Counted from the first letter of the stretch, positions 12,440-26,290 are shown. The stretch is DNA of 47,902 nt from Octopus bimaculoides (GCF_001194135.2 NC_068998.1:51158221-51206122), one strand, 5' to 3'. Made by a program: numbers and translations. Notes: a model not told the origin generated them from the letters alone.

Positions 12440-12545
12440 CCTTTTTGCCGAACTGTTACACTACATATACGTAAACACACCAACGTTGGTTGCGAAGCAA
12501 TGAGAGGCAAACACGAAGACAAACATATACATACATACATATATA
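12440..12545 (-). mobile_element. SINE family B 3' fragment running into a (CATA)n tract
   Basis: TTTTTGCCGAACTG...CGTAAACACACCAACGTTGGTTGCGAAGCAATG matches 35020-35085. Confidence 0.7.
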
Positions 12546-13329
12546 TGTATATATACACGTACATACTCATACTTACACAGACACACAGAAACACAGACAC
12601 ACTCATACACACACGTAACTGACAAGCGAACTTCTTAACAACATAAACATGCTAATCCCTTTTTCTTAAATCCAGCTCTACGTTTTGTTAACTGATTACA
12701 TTCAAGAGCATCTTATTCATGGTTTAGATCAAACATGATCATGTGTTGACCATACAAATGTATCGGCAAATATTCAACGGGAGACTGTCTTTGTTGTATC
12801 GAAAACAAACATTTTCCAGCAAGCCTTAGAGGCTCCAATATATTGGCAATTTTCATTATTAAAAATTTCATCAGATTGATTTTCATAATGAACTTCACGA
12901 CGTACATGATTGATTTTCACCATGGACGTCACAACATTCATTATCTTCTCTCTGCAGTGTTATGATAGAACAATCGACAACATTGAAAACACTCTTCTAC
13001 TGGTATTTTGCTACCTTAATTGAGACACGCTGCTTAACATTAATATTTGCCGCTTATCATTGTAGTTACATTACGTTAAATGAAACAAAGCGTTCTGTTC
13101 CCTATAATAAATTAGACAACTGCTGTGTGACCCCATTTTAGGAGGGTTTGTTGATGGATAAAAATCATCTTTTAATAATATTTGCGGCCGATATCTCTTG
13201 AATGCAGCACAAATCATCAAAGATACAGAGAAAAATCTTGATTACCTGCTCTGAAAGGATTATATTTCTTGGTACTTTGAAGATACACTCTTTACCTGTC
13301 ATTGGGTTTCGCTAGTTCAGAACTACTTC

Positions 13330-13344
13330 CTCTCTCTCTCTCCC

Positions 13345-13431
<87 letters not shown>
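13330..13431. repeat. (CT)n microsatellite
   Basis: Read directly. Confidence 0.97.
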
Positions 13432-13433
<2 letters not shown>

Positions 13434-13469
13434 TTCATTCCTCCACGTTGTTGTTTCCGAGAGTGAAGG

Positions 13470-13640
13470 TTAGAAATTGGTTCTACTAACTAAATAGTAC
13501 TACATTTATCGTTCCCCGAAAACATGAAAGGTACCGATGGAAATTGTAGGTACCGACGGATATTGAACGCGGAGAACTGAAATAAATGCCACGAAACGTT
13601 CCATTCGATACTTTAACAATTTGGCCATGTCAGGCCTTTA
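13470..13640 (-). mobile_element. Degenerate SINE family A copy
   Basis: Reverse complement reads ...GTGGCATTTATTTCAGTTCTCCGCGTTCAATATCCGTC...CCTTTCATGTTTTCGGGGAACGATAAATGTAGTAC, collinear with 16621-16772. Confidence 0.6.
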
Positions 13641-14632
13641 ATCCTTCTTTGAAATATCGAAGTTCAAATCGTACACGTCTTTTTAATTAATAGCTACGCT
13701 ATTTTCCTTCCTCGCTTTTAGGAAAAACCTACGGAATGAAAGCTAATCAAAATTAAACGCATGAAATAATATTATAAAACAAGGATTCTTAAATACTTTT
13801 GTTCCTATCATGAAAACTATTTCTTTCAGATATAACTGTTTAATATATTTATCATATCAATATGCTCTTGTATCTTCTGCGTTAGTATATTGTTGCCAAC
13901 CACAAACTAATTACATACAGCTCAACTAGGAAGAATGAATGACAAGGAAGAAGGCAAAACTGACAAGGAAATGATTATATTTGTTCATGCTTTTCACTAG
14001 AATTACTTTCTTTTCATGTTTTACCTGTGCTTTTCTCTCATTTTACAATATTCGTTCCTCTTGTCAATCGAGCTGTATTTCAACATTCTAACTAAAATAT
14101 AAGCTCAAAAGCAAGAACTATCAGCTTTCTGTTTCTTTCGTTTTACATTTTTATGCTTTTTACTTATAACATTCTTGTTTTTCGTCATTAAATCTTTCGT
14201 TTTGAATTTCATTTCCAACGAAAATACAGTCTTTCGTCTTTTTCTTAAATGGTTTCCTACATTTATAGATATTGAGACAAATAGCCAGCAGTGAATGCAT
14301 ATGACACATTAGCAACAGAAGCTCTACCACGAATATTATTTTTTCAGATAAACGTTCTCTTTGAAATTCTCAAAGAAAATATCTGCTTATATATTGAAGT
14401 AATATGTTCACGTTCCTTCGTCAAATACATACAAATCATGTTCATTTAAATAGTGCTCTCCTAAAGGTCGACCTTTTGTTGTATCACAATAACAAAATGG
14501 TTCTGACTTTTTGCGAGAGTGCCACATCGCCGCGAGCAGAAACTTTAGCAGAAGCTAGTCAAGTACACGGGTCGACGTAATTGACTAATCGCTTTTCTTA
14601 AAATAGCTGGCCTTGCAACAAAATTAGAAAGA

Positions 14633-15287
<655 letters not shown>

Positions 15288-15348
<61 letters not shown>
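15288..15348. repeat. (ATT)20 microsatellite at the 5' junction of the RLE element
   Basis: Read directly. Confidence 0.97.
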
Positions 15349-15349
<1 letters not shown>

Positions 15350-15428
15350 AAGCTGGATCTGTGAAAACTTCACGGAAAATATAAAAAAATATTACAGAAT
15401 ATAGAAAGCTGTGTAAAACCGATAGCTA

Positions 15429-16084
15429 AAAGACCTGGTGCAGATTATTGATAAGAATGGACGCAAACCAGACCCGTCTAGGGCGAGTGCAATAAAATAT
15501 ATGCCTCACCCGACAAACATTACAACGTTACAAGCATTTTGGGGTCTTGCAAATTACTACCAGGTATACATACCGAATATGCACGATTTAAGGGCACTCC
15601 TGAATAATTTATAAAAGAAAGATGTTAAGTGCAACTGGTCGGACAAATGCCATAAAACTCTGAAAAGGAAAAGAGATTCCCATGGAAGTGTTCTATGACA
15701 CTCTTGATGCTCCAACGCCACAAGAAATCGAACCTCGTCGTAGCAGCACAAGACAGAGGACACAAACAGGATGGCTGGAAGTAATGCCTAAACGGAAGAA
15801 ATATTAAACTTCCCTGGGAGGAAAATCTTAAAAAGGAAGATGTGATGAAAGAAAAATAAATTTTAAAAAATAATATTGACTCCCAATGGATGTCAGTCTC
15901 AAAGAGGAAGATGCTGTGGTGAAAGTTATAAACACTCCTAGGGGATTGGAAGAATAGACTAGCTGAACTCTTCTAAAGAGTAGAGATCGGTAGCTACCGA
16001 CTACAAGCGTTTTGGTAGCTTCGCGAAATACGTCGTGTGAACTCATTGATTTAACCTCCGCTTCTTTAATTTGTATATCCAACG
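15429..16084 (+). mobile_element. Internally deleted Ty3/Gypsy LTR retrotransposon remnant: RT-thumb/connection fragment, pol C-terminus, PPT, 3' LTR
   Basis: 15435-15665 translates LVQIIDKNGRKPDPSRASAIKYMPHPTNITTLQAFWGLANYYQVYIPNMHDLRALLNNL*KKDVKCNWSDKC (Gypsy PDP...L..F.GL.NYY motif). It is followed by PMEVFYDTLDAPTPQEIEPRRSSTRQRTQTGWLEVMPKRKKY*, a purine tract AAAAAGGAAGA (15830-15840) and TGTGATG at 15841. The LTR 3' boundary is approximate. Confidence 0.85.
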
Positions 16085-16620
16085 TGTGTCAAGGATACGA
16101 AAGTTATAAACTCAAGGAAGTAATGACCAGAGTTCGGCCTGCTGAATTCGCATCTACGCTTTAAATTCTTTTCGGAAAAATTACAAATTCACTAATGAAA
16201 CCCAAATGAGAGAAAACACTTGCATTACAGCATCACTTTTTTTTTCATTCCTCACACATATGAAGCCTTGTAGCTAACTTTCGAAATTATTATTTTCTCA
16301 ATATCAAATGTTATTTTAATCATGTTTTATACATTCACCAATAAGCGATATTAAATCTGATCAGAAACTCATATAAAATTTACAAATATAAAAGCAATAG
16401 CAGAAATTATCGGATGCTTTTCAAATGTGTATTTCAGAGGCGAATTAATTAATCAGTTTACAAATTTCGCTTGAAACCTTATAGCGTCATTTGTTAATAA
16501 TTCTCAGCGTTGCAAAATATTAAGATGTTATAGGAAGAAAATGACAAAACTGAAAGCTTAAACAAGTTCTATGGGTTCCCTTCGTTGCATACAATTAATT
16601 AAAATTATATCGACGATTAA

Positions 16621-16772
16621 AGCTGTGAGTTAGCGGAATCGTTAGCTTCGCCGGACAAACTGCTTCGCAGCATTTTGCTTGTCTTTATATTCCGAGTTCG
16701 AAATCTGCTGAAAACAACTTTGCATCTCATTCCTTCGGGGCCGATAAAGTGAGTACTGGGGTCGATGTAACT
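16621..16772 (+). mobile_element. SINE family A copy (tRNA-derived head plus body, 3'-truncated)
   Basis: GCTGTGAGTTAGCGGAATCGTTAGC...CCGAGTTCGAAATCTGC...CCTTCGGGGCCGATAAAGTGAGTACTGGGGTCGATGTAAC; collinear with 22972-23185. Confidence 0.8.
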
Positions 16773-16789
16773 ACTTGCAGCCTACATAT

Positions 16790-16975
16790 TCGTTCTTTGC
16801 AGCTATCTGATACTTCCCTGATCATTCTGGCCGCGCCAAGGAGGCACACAATTTGTAACTGGGCACTCTATTCCAATTTTCTTCATATTCCTCTTGATTC
16901 CTTCTGATACTGTTCCCAAGGACCCAACAATAATTGGCACTATCTTCACCTTCTTCATTTTCCATAGCCGGGCTA
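16790..16975 (-). mobile_element. Second, different RLE-type non-LTR retrotransposon C-terminal fragment
   Basis: Translates LARLWKMKKVKIVPIIVGSLGTVSEGIKRNMKKIGIECPV (frameshift) VCLLGAARMIREVSDS, matching the P(I/V)(I/V)(I/V)G(A/S)LG and LLG(T/A)AR motifs at RLE C-termini. Its 5' end abuts (AAT)~25. Confidence 0.85.

Positions 16976-17051
<76 letters not shown>
16976..17051. repeat. (ATT)~25 microsatellite
   Basis: Read directly. Confidence 0.97.
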
Positions 17052-17052
<1 letters not shown>

Positions 17053-18238
17053 AATATACTATTCTGCAAACTATGATCGTTTTTGTATTCCTACAAACAC
17101 ACACGCACACATACGTATACACGCACACATACAGGCAAGCAGGCACGCACACACACGCACACACACACACACACGCGCGCACACACACACGTTTTCTGAA
17201 AAGGGGGATCTCAAAGCACATAAAAGCATAAATAATAGCATGTAGATATTGGGTTGAAAAGCCGTTTCCGATAGAAAAAAATCGAAGGTTTCTATGCATG
17301 TTCTCTGCTGGATGATGAACGAGGAAGGCCAAGGTAAGTGTCGGTTAGTGTTTATAACTGCTCAAGTCTACAAAGGCTTCTAAGGCAATTAAATAAAACA
17401 TGGCACCTCTTAGCAAGTCACTCTCGCTTGTGACACTTCAGAAGAACTCGATGTACTGCTGAGTAGTCAACGGCGTTGATTAAAGTTGTAGCTGACATGG
17501 AAGATTGGAGTGCAACTGAATATTGGAGTAGAGTTACTTTTACCATGATTATTTTCACCGGGCATTAAGATACCAACCCCATAACTGCTGTTCAATGCTC
17601 TAGAACCACTCAGTCGGCCTGCATCACAAAGGTCAAAAGTAATAACATGAGAATTTTAACTGCTTAAAATTAATTACAAATGAATATTTTGTTTTACGCA
17701 GTGGATGAGTCTAATTTTCGCAGCATGAGTGTCAGCACCAAACATTACATTTCTCTTCGACAACTTCAATAACTGAAACTCAATGAATAGCGAGGAGCAA
17801 ATTGTATTCAATTAAATTTTTGGCTGATTAATCCATTAAATTAATTGAACAATTACGTTAATTGATATTCGTTTCGCTCATTAACCAAAGCTTACATCAT
17901 TTTTCCTGAACAGCAAAAAGAAAAAAAAACATGGGCGCCACTACCGTGGTTGTTCGCATTGCTAATAATTGCAGCCAAATTTTAAACCTCGCTTTAAAAT
18001 AGATTTTGATGTTTACAGAATGAAGAATTTTTGTAGTTTTTGTAGTTGTAATGGCAGCAGATTCAGCTGTCATTGTTATTTAGTTAGAAGGTATTTCTTG
18101 TACACTTATAATCAAGTATATCTCCATCCATGACTATCACGTATTTTTATTTCAAGACGTAAGTATAGATCAAGCATGCTATGCAGTGTATCTTCAAACG
18201 TAATTTAATATATGGACACACACATATATATACATACT

Positions 18239-18306
<68 letters not shown>

Positions 18307-20919
18307 NNNNNNNNNNNNNNNNNNNNNNNNNNNNNNNNNNNNNNNNNNNNNNNNNNNNNNNNNNNNNNNNNNNNNNNNNNNNNNNNNNNNNNNNNNNNNN
18401 NNNNNNNNNNNNNNNNNNNNNNNNNNNNNNNNNNNNNNNNNNNNNNNNNNNNNNNNNNNNNNNNNNNNNNNNNNNNNNNNNNNNNNNNNNNNNNNNNNNN
18501 NNNNNNNNNNNNNNNNNNNNNNNNNNNNNNNNNNNNNNNNNNNNNNNNNNNNNNNNNNNNNNNNNNNNNNNNNNNNNNNATATATATATGTATATATATG
18601 TATATATATCTACTTATTCGTATATATTAATGACGCTACATGAACAAAAACATGTTGATGTAACCGCGGATTATATCTTTGTAAGCTTGTGGCGAACTTT
18701 GCTTATCTTATTTGAATTTACGAAATCGAGATCGATATACCAATCATCATACAAAAGTATTGAATCGATATGATCAACCAGAATCTGTAGAAGCGTGACT
18801 GAGCATGGCTGATGCTTATTGAATGGAACCACTCAAATAATAACGGAATTTATTTTGAGTTAATTACCAGCTATTAGTTCTCTACAGGAATTTGGTATGG
18901 AGGGCTTTGGGCATATATCGCTGCTGCAGTCTCATAGTATAGGAAATATTTTAGCATTTTTGTAGAAAGAGTAGCACACACACACACATACAGACACATG
19001 CATACATACACATACACGCAAATACACACACATATACACGCACACACATTACACGCACACACATACACACATACACGCACAGACATACACACATACACGC
19101 ACAGACATACACACACACTTTCTATATTTATGTCTGTATTTATGAGTGCTTTTGTGTATCTGTGTATGAGCGTTTCAGTGCGTGTCCAAATAATATCAAC
19201 TGAGGCAGTATTGTACACTCTCTCTCTACACACACGATCATATTAAGACTTGCTTATATTTTCTTTAGAATCATTTCGAAAATTCATAACTATCGTACTG
19301 GATAAGAAAACAATTCTATACGCAAGTGCAATCATTCTAATATAGCCTACCTTCGGCGTCTATCGGCATATCTAAGGAAAAATATAATATTTCTAATATC
19401 CGTCAACGTAGAATCTAATATTCAGGCATAACGTGTAACGTGTCAGTAAGTTCATCACAGGCAACAACTAAATTTTTGAAAGACCTACTAAACTCTACAG
19501 AGATTCAACTCGAAACTTTTGGCGGGAAATTAACAACATGAATGTTTGAACAGACGCACTTAGTGATATCCCCTTGGTGATGACAGTTATCAGCTACGAG
19601 AAGGTTGCCTCTGAACTTAATATCTGAGGAAGGAAAATATTTCAATGAAATAAAATTTTCCTCAGGAGGATCTAAAACGATTTTGGCGTAAAGTCTAAAA
19701 GGAAAAGAAACTCTCATATATTATATTTGGGGAAAAAATAAAAAAAAAAGAACAATATGGAAAGCTTACAGTACAAACACAAGATTAGAACATATTCTAT
19801 CGACTCCAGGATGTTTCCCGTCTGCAGTAAATTTGTATAATGGGAAAGACCCAAGAAGAGACTTAATAGTTTAATATTCGTATACGAGTTATAGAAAGTT
19901 ATACAAGACACCACACACGTCTCCTATTTAAATAATTTTAGAAGGCAAACTGAACTTACCAAACTGGTTTGCCATAATGGAGACAGATATTGTTGCCAAA
20001 AATGAAAGCGCTGGTTCGGCAGAACGTAATGGTTTATATATTCTTTGACTAAGTATTATACAGAAGATTTAATCAAGCTGTTTAAATCAATTCCTCTAAG
20101 ACATAGCAGTAAATGCTGAGCAGGCATGTTCTGAACAACTTTTGATAACAAAACTGTGACGGCTGAAATATAAAAAAAAGAAATAAAAATTAAAACAAAA
20201 ATAGAAAGCTGGTGATAATATAAATTGGTTATAGAAAGACTTGATTTTATATCCCACAGATATTTGCTGGATTTACCACATAGGAAGGTAAATATTTGTT
20301 GTCTCAGCTGCTCATTCCTGTAACTTACAGCAATAACAAGAAAGTATTTTGCCTGCTCCTATGCTTCAGTCTACAAGAACAAACAAAATTATAACATGTA
20401 ATTTCTTTGTTAACACTTTAAAGATCTAAACTAGAAATGTTTCTGATGCAGAGAAGCAGATGGTTTTAATTATAACATTTTCAGCTGAAATACTGATGGA
20501 ATTTGGCCAAAAGAATTATTCGTACTTAATAGTTCGAAAACGCTTGGCAAACAGAAAAGAAAAGACATGAACATCTATACTCCCACCTCTCTGCCTCTCT
20601 GCCTCTCTGCCTCTCTCAACTCTTTCTGTATGTATGTATGTATGTATGTATGTATGTATGTATATATCTTTTGTTTCACACAAAGCAATACAAATACAAA
20701 GTATTGATTAAAACATTTCATAAGTGTGCTTTGAAAATCGATTGGGTAAACAATCAGTATTATTGTCATAGCTATATGTGTATCATACTTAGTGCAAATA
20801 CATTGGAAAAGGCAAATTAAATACTATATTCGTCCGGCTATAATATCACTTATGAATGTACTGAGAAAGCGATGGAATTTGTTCTTGCCTGCGGTTAGCA
20901 GTGGGATTGCGCTACTGAC

Positions 20920-21635
20920 AAAGCTTAAAGGAACAGGAATGCACGTCTAACGTTCACACCGCAGCTACTGGACGAAAAATGTCTGCTATATCGCATCACA
21001 CTTCGAAGGCTATACTTTAGCAATCCAAGAGAAGGAGTGTGTTACGAAATACCAAATAAGCAAAAGAGACAGTGAAAATGTCGATGTCACATTTCTGTGG
21101 AAGATATCACGCATATGATCTGAAACTGCCCAAAATTGTCATCAAAGTATTACGTCCCAAAGCGACACGACATTGTTTAAACAATATGGAACGGCATCTC
21201 AAAGGTAAAGTCTGGTCTGTGATAAATATAGAGAACCCTATGTTATTGGGAACTCTGTTATTGAATACATAACATATATAAGAAACAAATCGGCACAAGG
21301 AATGTTAGGGAAACCTTTCTTTCAAAACTTCTACCAAACCTAAGCGTAATTGACCAAATATTGTTTGGGACAAGCAAGAAGAAACGTATGTGCTGTGACA
21401 GAAATCAGGTGCTCTGCTTAATAGCACATCCTTGAAGACCAAAGAACATGAAGATAAATGAGGACAACTGCTGGGAAACATTCATTTTCTATACTTAGAT
21501 AATTTGACATTTACAGGAAAAATACTTGGCAGAGTTGGCGTTGGTAGTAAATACTCAAGGGGAAACCTACCTGTAAAGACGGGTTTTCAGAAAAGCAACC
21601 AACTTAACATATACATTGGAAACACAATATGTAAA
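20920..21635 (+). mobile_element. Third, heavily decayed RLE-type non-LTR remnant (CCHC knuckle, RHD motif, endonuclease)
   Basis: Across frameshifts and stops: SYWTKNVCYIASHFEGYTLAIQEKECVTKYQISKR / RCHISVEDITHMI*NCPKLSSKYYVPKRHDIV / NLSFKTSTKPKRN*PNIVWDKQEET...KTKEHEDK*GQLLGNIHFLY...GNTICK. This is the zinc knuckle-RHD-(R)PD order of R2-superfamily ORFs. Confidence 0.75.
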
Positions 21636-21683
21636 GATGAACAGTAGAAATGTGGACCTCCGCGGAATTTGAACTCAGAACGT
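21636..21683 (-). mobile_element. SINE family A B-box fragment
   Basis: Reverse complement ACGTTCTGAGTTCAAATTCCGCGGAGGTCCAC is 29/32 identical to 22815-22846. Confidence 0.8.
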
Positions 21684-22000
21684 GTCTCAATTCCAATATC
21701 GTTATGAGGTTTAAAATGTGAATTTTGTTGTTTCTTTTTTACATCTACATTTTGAAGATGGATCGTTGTATCATTGTTAATAACAAGCTCCTTCCTTACA
21801 AGAAGATTTCTAATAATTAAAAATAGAAGAGAACACACACACATACATACACACACACATTCACACATACTTAGACATGCATGTATACATACTTATACAT
21901 ATACGTATGTATATACACACACATATATGTATATATGTATATATGTATGCATATATGTATATATATATGTGTGTATGTATATGTGTGTATGTGTATATGC

Positions 22001-22056
<56 letters not shown>

Positions 22057-22794
22057 CTCATACATATATATGCACATAGAAATATACAAATATATGTGGG
22101 CGGCTTAAATTCTGCAAAGGAAAATATATATCCCGAAAACTATACACATGTTTGTGTGTGTGTGAGTGTGTGTGTGTGGTGTATGTATGTGTGTTATGTG
22201 CTTCTGTGTGTGTTGTGTGTGTGTGATACTTTCTTATTTAAGTTTGTTTGTTAGGTATCGAGTGGCCTTCGATTTCCGCATAGCATGAGATCAATTAAAT
22301 ATTTCGTCGCATCTTTAGCTATGTTCTTCGCAAACATGAATTTTTTCTTCTTTGTGTGTTTTTTTCTTCTTTCTTCCAGTCATTTGATTATTTTCACCCA
22401 CTTCTTTCTGTCCCATCATATCATTTGGCATGGAAACAGCCAATTAACACTGTAAAATGCCAACGCTTTTTTAGTAGTGCCGTATTGACGGCAAAACGTC
22501 TGAAAATATATTCCAGTCTCTATTGAGACTTCAGGTGTGTGAACTACGGCTCAACATCCTAAGTTCGTTGTTTCAATTTCCAGACCGCGTAACCGAGTAA
22601 AAATGCTGCAGCCTACATTGCTTTTTTCTTCTCTGCTATGACGACAACTAGTCGAGTACTGGTATTGTATGATACTCTTTCGATTTGGCTCATATAATCT
22701 GGATGTCCCACTTAAACAGAATATTTGTTGTAGCCCATCTTTTATACCAAGACAAAACAATGTACATGATAACACTTCCAATCAATTCAGATCA

Positions 22795-23185
22795 GAAGCC
22801 ACGAGGGCCCGTCTACGTTCTGAGTTCAAATTCTGCCGAGGTCGACTTTGCGTTTCATCCTTTCTCTGTCGATAAATTAAGTACCAGTGGAACACTGGGA
22901 TGATGTAATCGACATATACCCTCCCCCAAAATGGCTGCTTTTGTGGAAAAATTTAAAACCGTTATTATTATTAAGGCAGAGAGAATCATTAGCGCGTCGG
23001 ACAAAATATTTAGCGGCGGCAGGTTCTTTACGTTTTGAGTTCAAATCCCACTGAGATGATCTTTGACTTCCATCCTTTAGGGCTCGTTAAATTAAAATAT
23101 CAGTCAAGTATAGAGACCGATGCATTTCATTGTCCCCCACCACTAAAACTTTCTGGCCCTGTGCCAAACATTGAAGCGATTGTTG
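22795..23185 (+). mobile_element. Head-to-tail SINE family A dimer; second copy starts right after the (ATT)n tail of the first
   Basis: Copy 1: ACGTTCTGAGTTCAAATTCTGCCGAGGTCGACTTTG...AAAACCGTTATTATTATT. Copy 2: AAGGCAGAGAGAATCATTAGCGCGTCGGAC...TTTGAGTTCAAATCCCAC...GTGCCAAACATTGAAG, then (TTG)n. Confidence 0.85.
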
Positions 23186-23574
23186 TTGTTGTTGCTGCTA
23201 TTGCAAATATTGCTACGGGTGTTATAGTTATTGTCGTTGCAGAAGAAAACACATTCAGTCAGTAAAATAAAACAATTTAGTTACCACAACAAAAAGAAAA
23301 GTATTAAAAAAAGAAAGAAAGACTCCATATATGTCTCGGAACTGTAATAAATCTTCAGTAGTCTAGTTTACGGAATCAGATTTTCTGGTAAAATTCCAAA
23401 TGTTTGCCAAATATTTAGAATTTAAACTGCATTGATAATAATTAACATAAAACTGGACTAGTTTCAAGACAATTATTGCAGTGTGCCGTGGATATTATTG
23501 CAGATAATGCACACCTGCCAATATATATATATACATACATGTCTGTGTGTACGCATGCGCGCGTGTGTGTATAG

Positions 23575-23686
23575 CTGTCTCCCTATGTATGTATGCATGT
23601 ATGTATGTATGTATGCATGTATTATGTATGTATGCATGTATGTATGTATGTATATATGTATGTATGTATGTATGCATGTATGTATG

Positions 23687-23748
<62 letters not shown>

Positions 23749-23770
23749 GCTATCTATCCATCTATCTATC
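23575..23770. repeat. Compound (TATG)n/(TCTA)n tetranucleotide microsatellite
   Basis: Read directly. Confidence 0.95.
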
Positions 23771-25521
23771 GCACCGGTTGTTAAAGAGCATATATTCGCC
23801 ATTCGCCACTGATGCAATAATTTTCAGAAAAGATTATATTTGAAACACACTTCGTTTTTTCCTATTCTTCCATACATAAATCTAAACCCATAACACATTA
23901 CATGTATACGTATTTAGCTGATATGAATGTTTTGATGTTTTCCTATCAAAAGATTTATCAAATTTATTACCGTTCGCTCACTCGTTTGGTTGTTCAATGC
24001 TAAAATATGTACAAAGAATGGCAGTTATTTATTCTACCTTTATAGTAATGTTTAATTATGCAATAACAGACATCGAGTTAATTTTTATTGTAAATATATC
24101 GAGTTATCATTAAGATCTTCGTTTTCGTCTGCCATTGATTGATTTATTTTCTATATATATTTAAAATTCTTATCTATGTGTGTGTCTATGTATATGTATA
24201 TATATACATACATATATATATACATATGTAAGAATATATGAATTTATTTAATATGTGTATATATATGTATGCATGTATGTATGTATTTTTGCGTATGTAT
24301 ACATGCGTACATACACTGAATTGCTATATAACTTAGTTCTGCATCGAAGAAGGTTTTTGATGTTTTCATAATTAACGAAGTTTTGAGTTTATTATTTTCC
24401 ATTAAATCCGTTAGATGTGTGATTATGATAATATTTAATGATAATTGATTGACTCTCATCTCATAGATTATAATCTATTTATAGTAATATATTTATTTAC
24501 TCCTGTTTTATATGCCGTTTTAATTAATCGATAAATGATATATATATGCGTTCTTCAACTTTTTCTGACCTTTCAGGGATAGCTTCCTCTCGGCTGATTT
24601 CTGGGTGAAACCGGCTACACTGCTCATAAGTACGTCCCGTTTCTGCCCACCTGCAGATCTTTCTAACCATCCACAGATTGGTTTAACTAGTCCGTTGGTC
24701 CATTTACTACATCACACATTCCGACGACTTTGTCCTGCTCCTCCAGTTGCCGAGCTATAAGTAAATTGCGTTGTTCTTGTTACAATTTGCTCCGACCACG
24801 GCCTCAAAATTTATTTATCGTTTTGAAATGGTATCGGCCACCTCGACATCTGTGCCATTCGAAACCAATACTGAAAAGTAGGATATCCACTTCTGATTCT
24901 GTGACAGACATGTCTACACACTTACCTAATTACTCACCTACATTCATAAGTACACACGTACATACTGACATACATACATACATACATACATACATACATA
25001 CATGCGTATAGGAATGCACACATGCATACGCATGTACACAAGTGCATATGCACATACATGTGCATACATACATACATACATACATACATACACACATACG
25101 TACATATATATCATGAACTAACTGTTACTTTCTCAGATGCACCACGGAATTTTGTCAGTGAACAGGTCGCGGTCTCAAAGCGACGAAAATATTTTGGAAA
25201 ATTAAAAAATTAAATTTAAATGTCGAAGTGAATCTAACGGTTTTTTTGTTTTTCTCAAATGGCTTATAAACACCTTCCACGCTGCAATTGTTCATATATA
25301 TATATATATATANNNNNNNNNNNNNNNNNNNNNNNNNNNNNNNNNNNNNNNNNNNNNNNNNNNNNNNNNNNNNNNNNNNNNNNNNNNNNNNNNNNNNNNN
25401 NNNNNNNNNNNNNNNNNNNNNNNNNNNNNNNNNNNNNNNNNNNNNNNNNNNNNNATGTATGTATGTATGTATATGTATGCATGTATGTATATGTATGGAT
25501 GTATGTATATATATGTATATA

Positions 25522-25559
<38 letters not shown>

Positions 25560-26290
25560 TTCTTGTAATGAATCATTTAAATGGTTCGTATTCTTGTGTC
25601 GGTATAATAACATGATTTTTTTTCATTTCTGAAAATATGTAATTTAAATATCAGCCAATTATTCAATTTGTTTAGCCCGTATCAATTTAATAACATCTTA
25701 ATTATTTTACATATGAAACAAAATTGCTCCTATGATATGATCACACAATTATAGTCGATATCAGAAAATTTCATATTGTACAAATCTTTAGTTTTTTAAG
25801 TTGTGTTTATTAATTTATGAAATCAACATTTTAACCATATATCTGTTATATATATAAATATAAAAACAAACAATTTTAAATTTTGAGACATTCGCTAATT
25901 TTATTATCAAATATTCCTCATTCATAATTCATGTATAAGATAATTTTGTCTTTTTTATAATGCGATTGTTTTGAAAGCAGATTTCTGCGAAATATTAAAG
26001 AAATATTCATTTCAATTACTTAATAATAAATAGCAAAATTTAACTCTTAGAATTGAATCACGTTTTTCAGTTATTGTTTCTGAAGTATAAATTACTTCAT
26101 ATAAACAACATCATATGTATAAATCATATGTGGCACATGCACATAGCTGTGTGTGAGAGTTTATACTTACGCATAATAATTTAGGGAATTGTCGTTATGA
26201 TCAGTATATAATCTGCTTGGTTTTAGACCGTTTTGATAAAGCTCTTGGTCTGTGAGTCAGACTGCAACCTGCAGTAACATTTAATAAGAA

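Noticed and set aside
20890-20920. AVSSGIA, resembling the Helitron/PIF1 ASSGIAA motif
   Set aside because: No GGRTAH or Walker A context; the downstream sequence is an RLE retrotransposon.
24920-24945. Minus-strand AG|GTGAGT and AG|GTAAGT donor-like sites
   Set aside because: They lie in a decayed (TAGG/TATG)n edge, with only microsatellite upstream on that strand.
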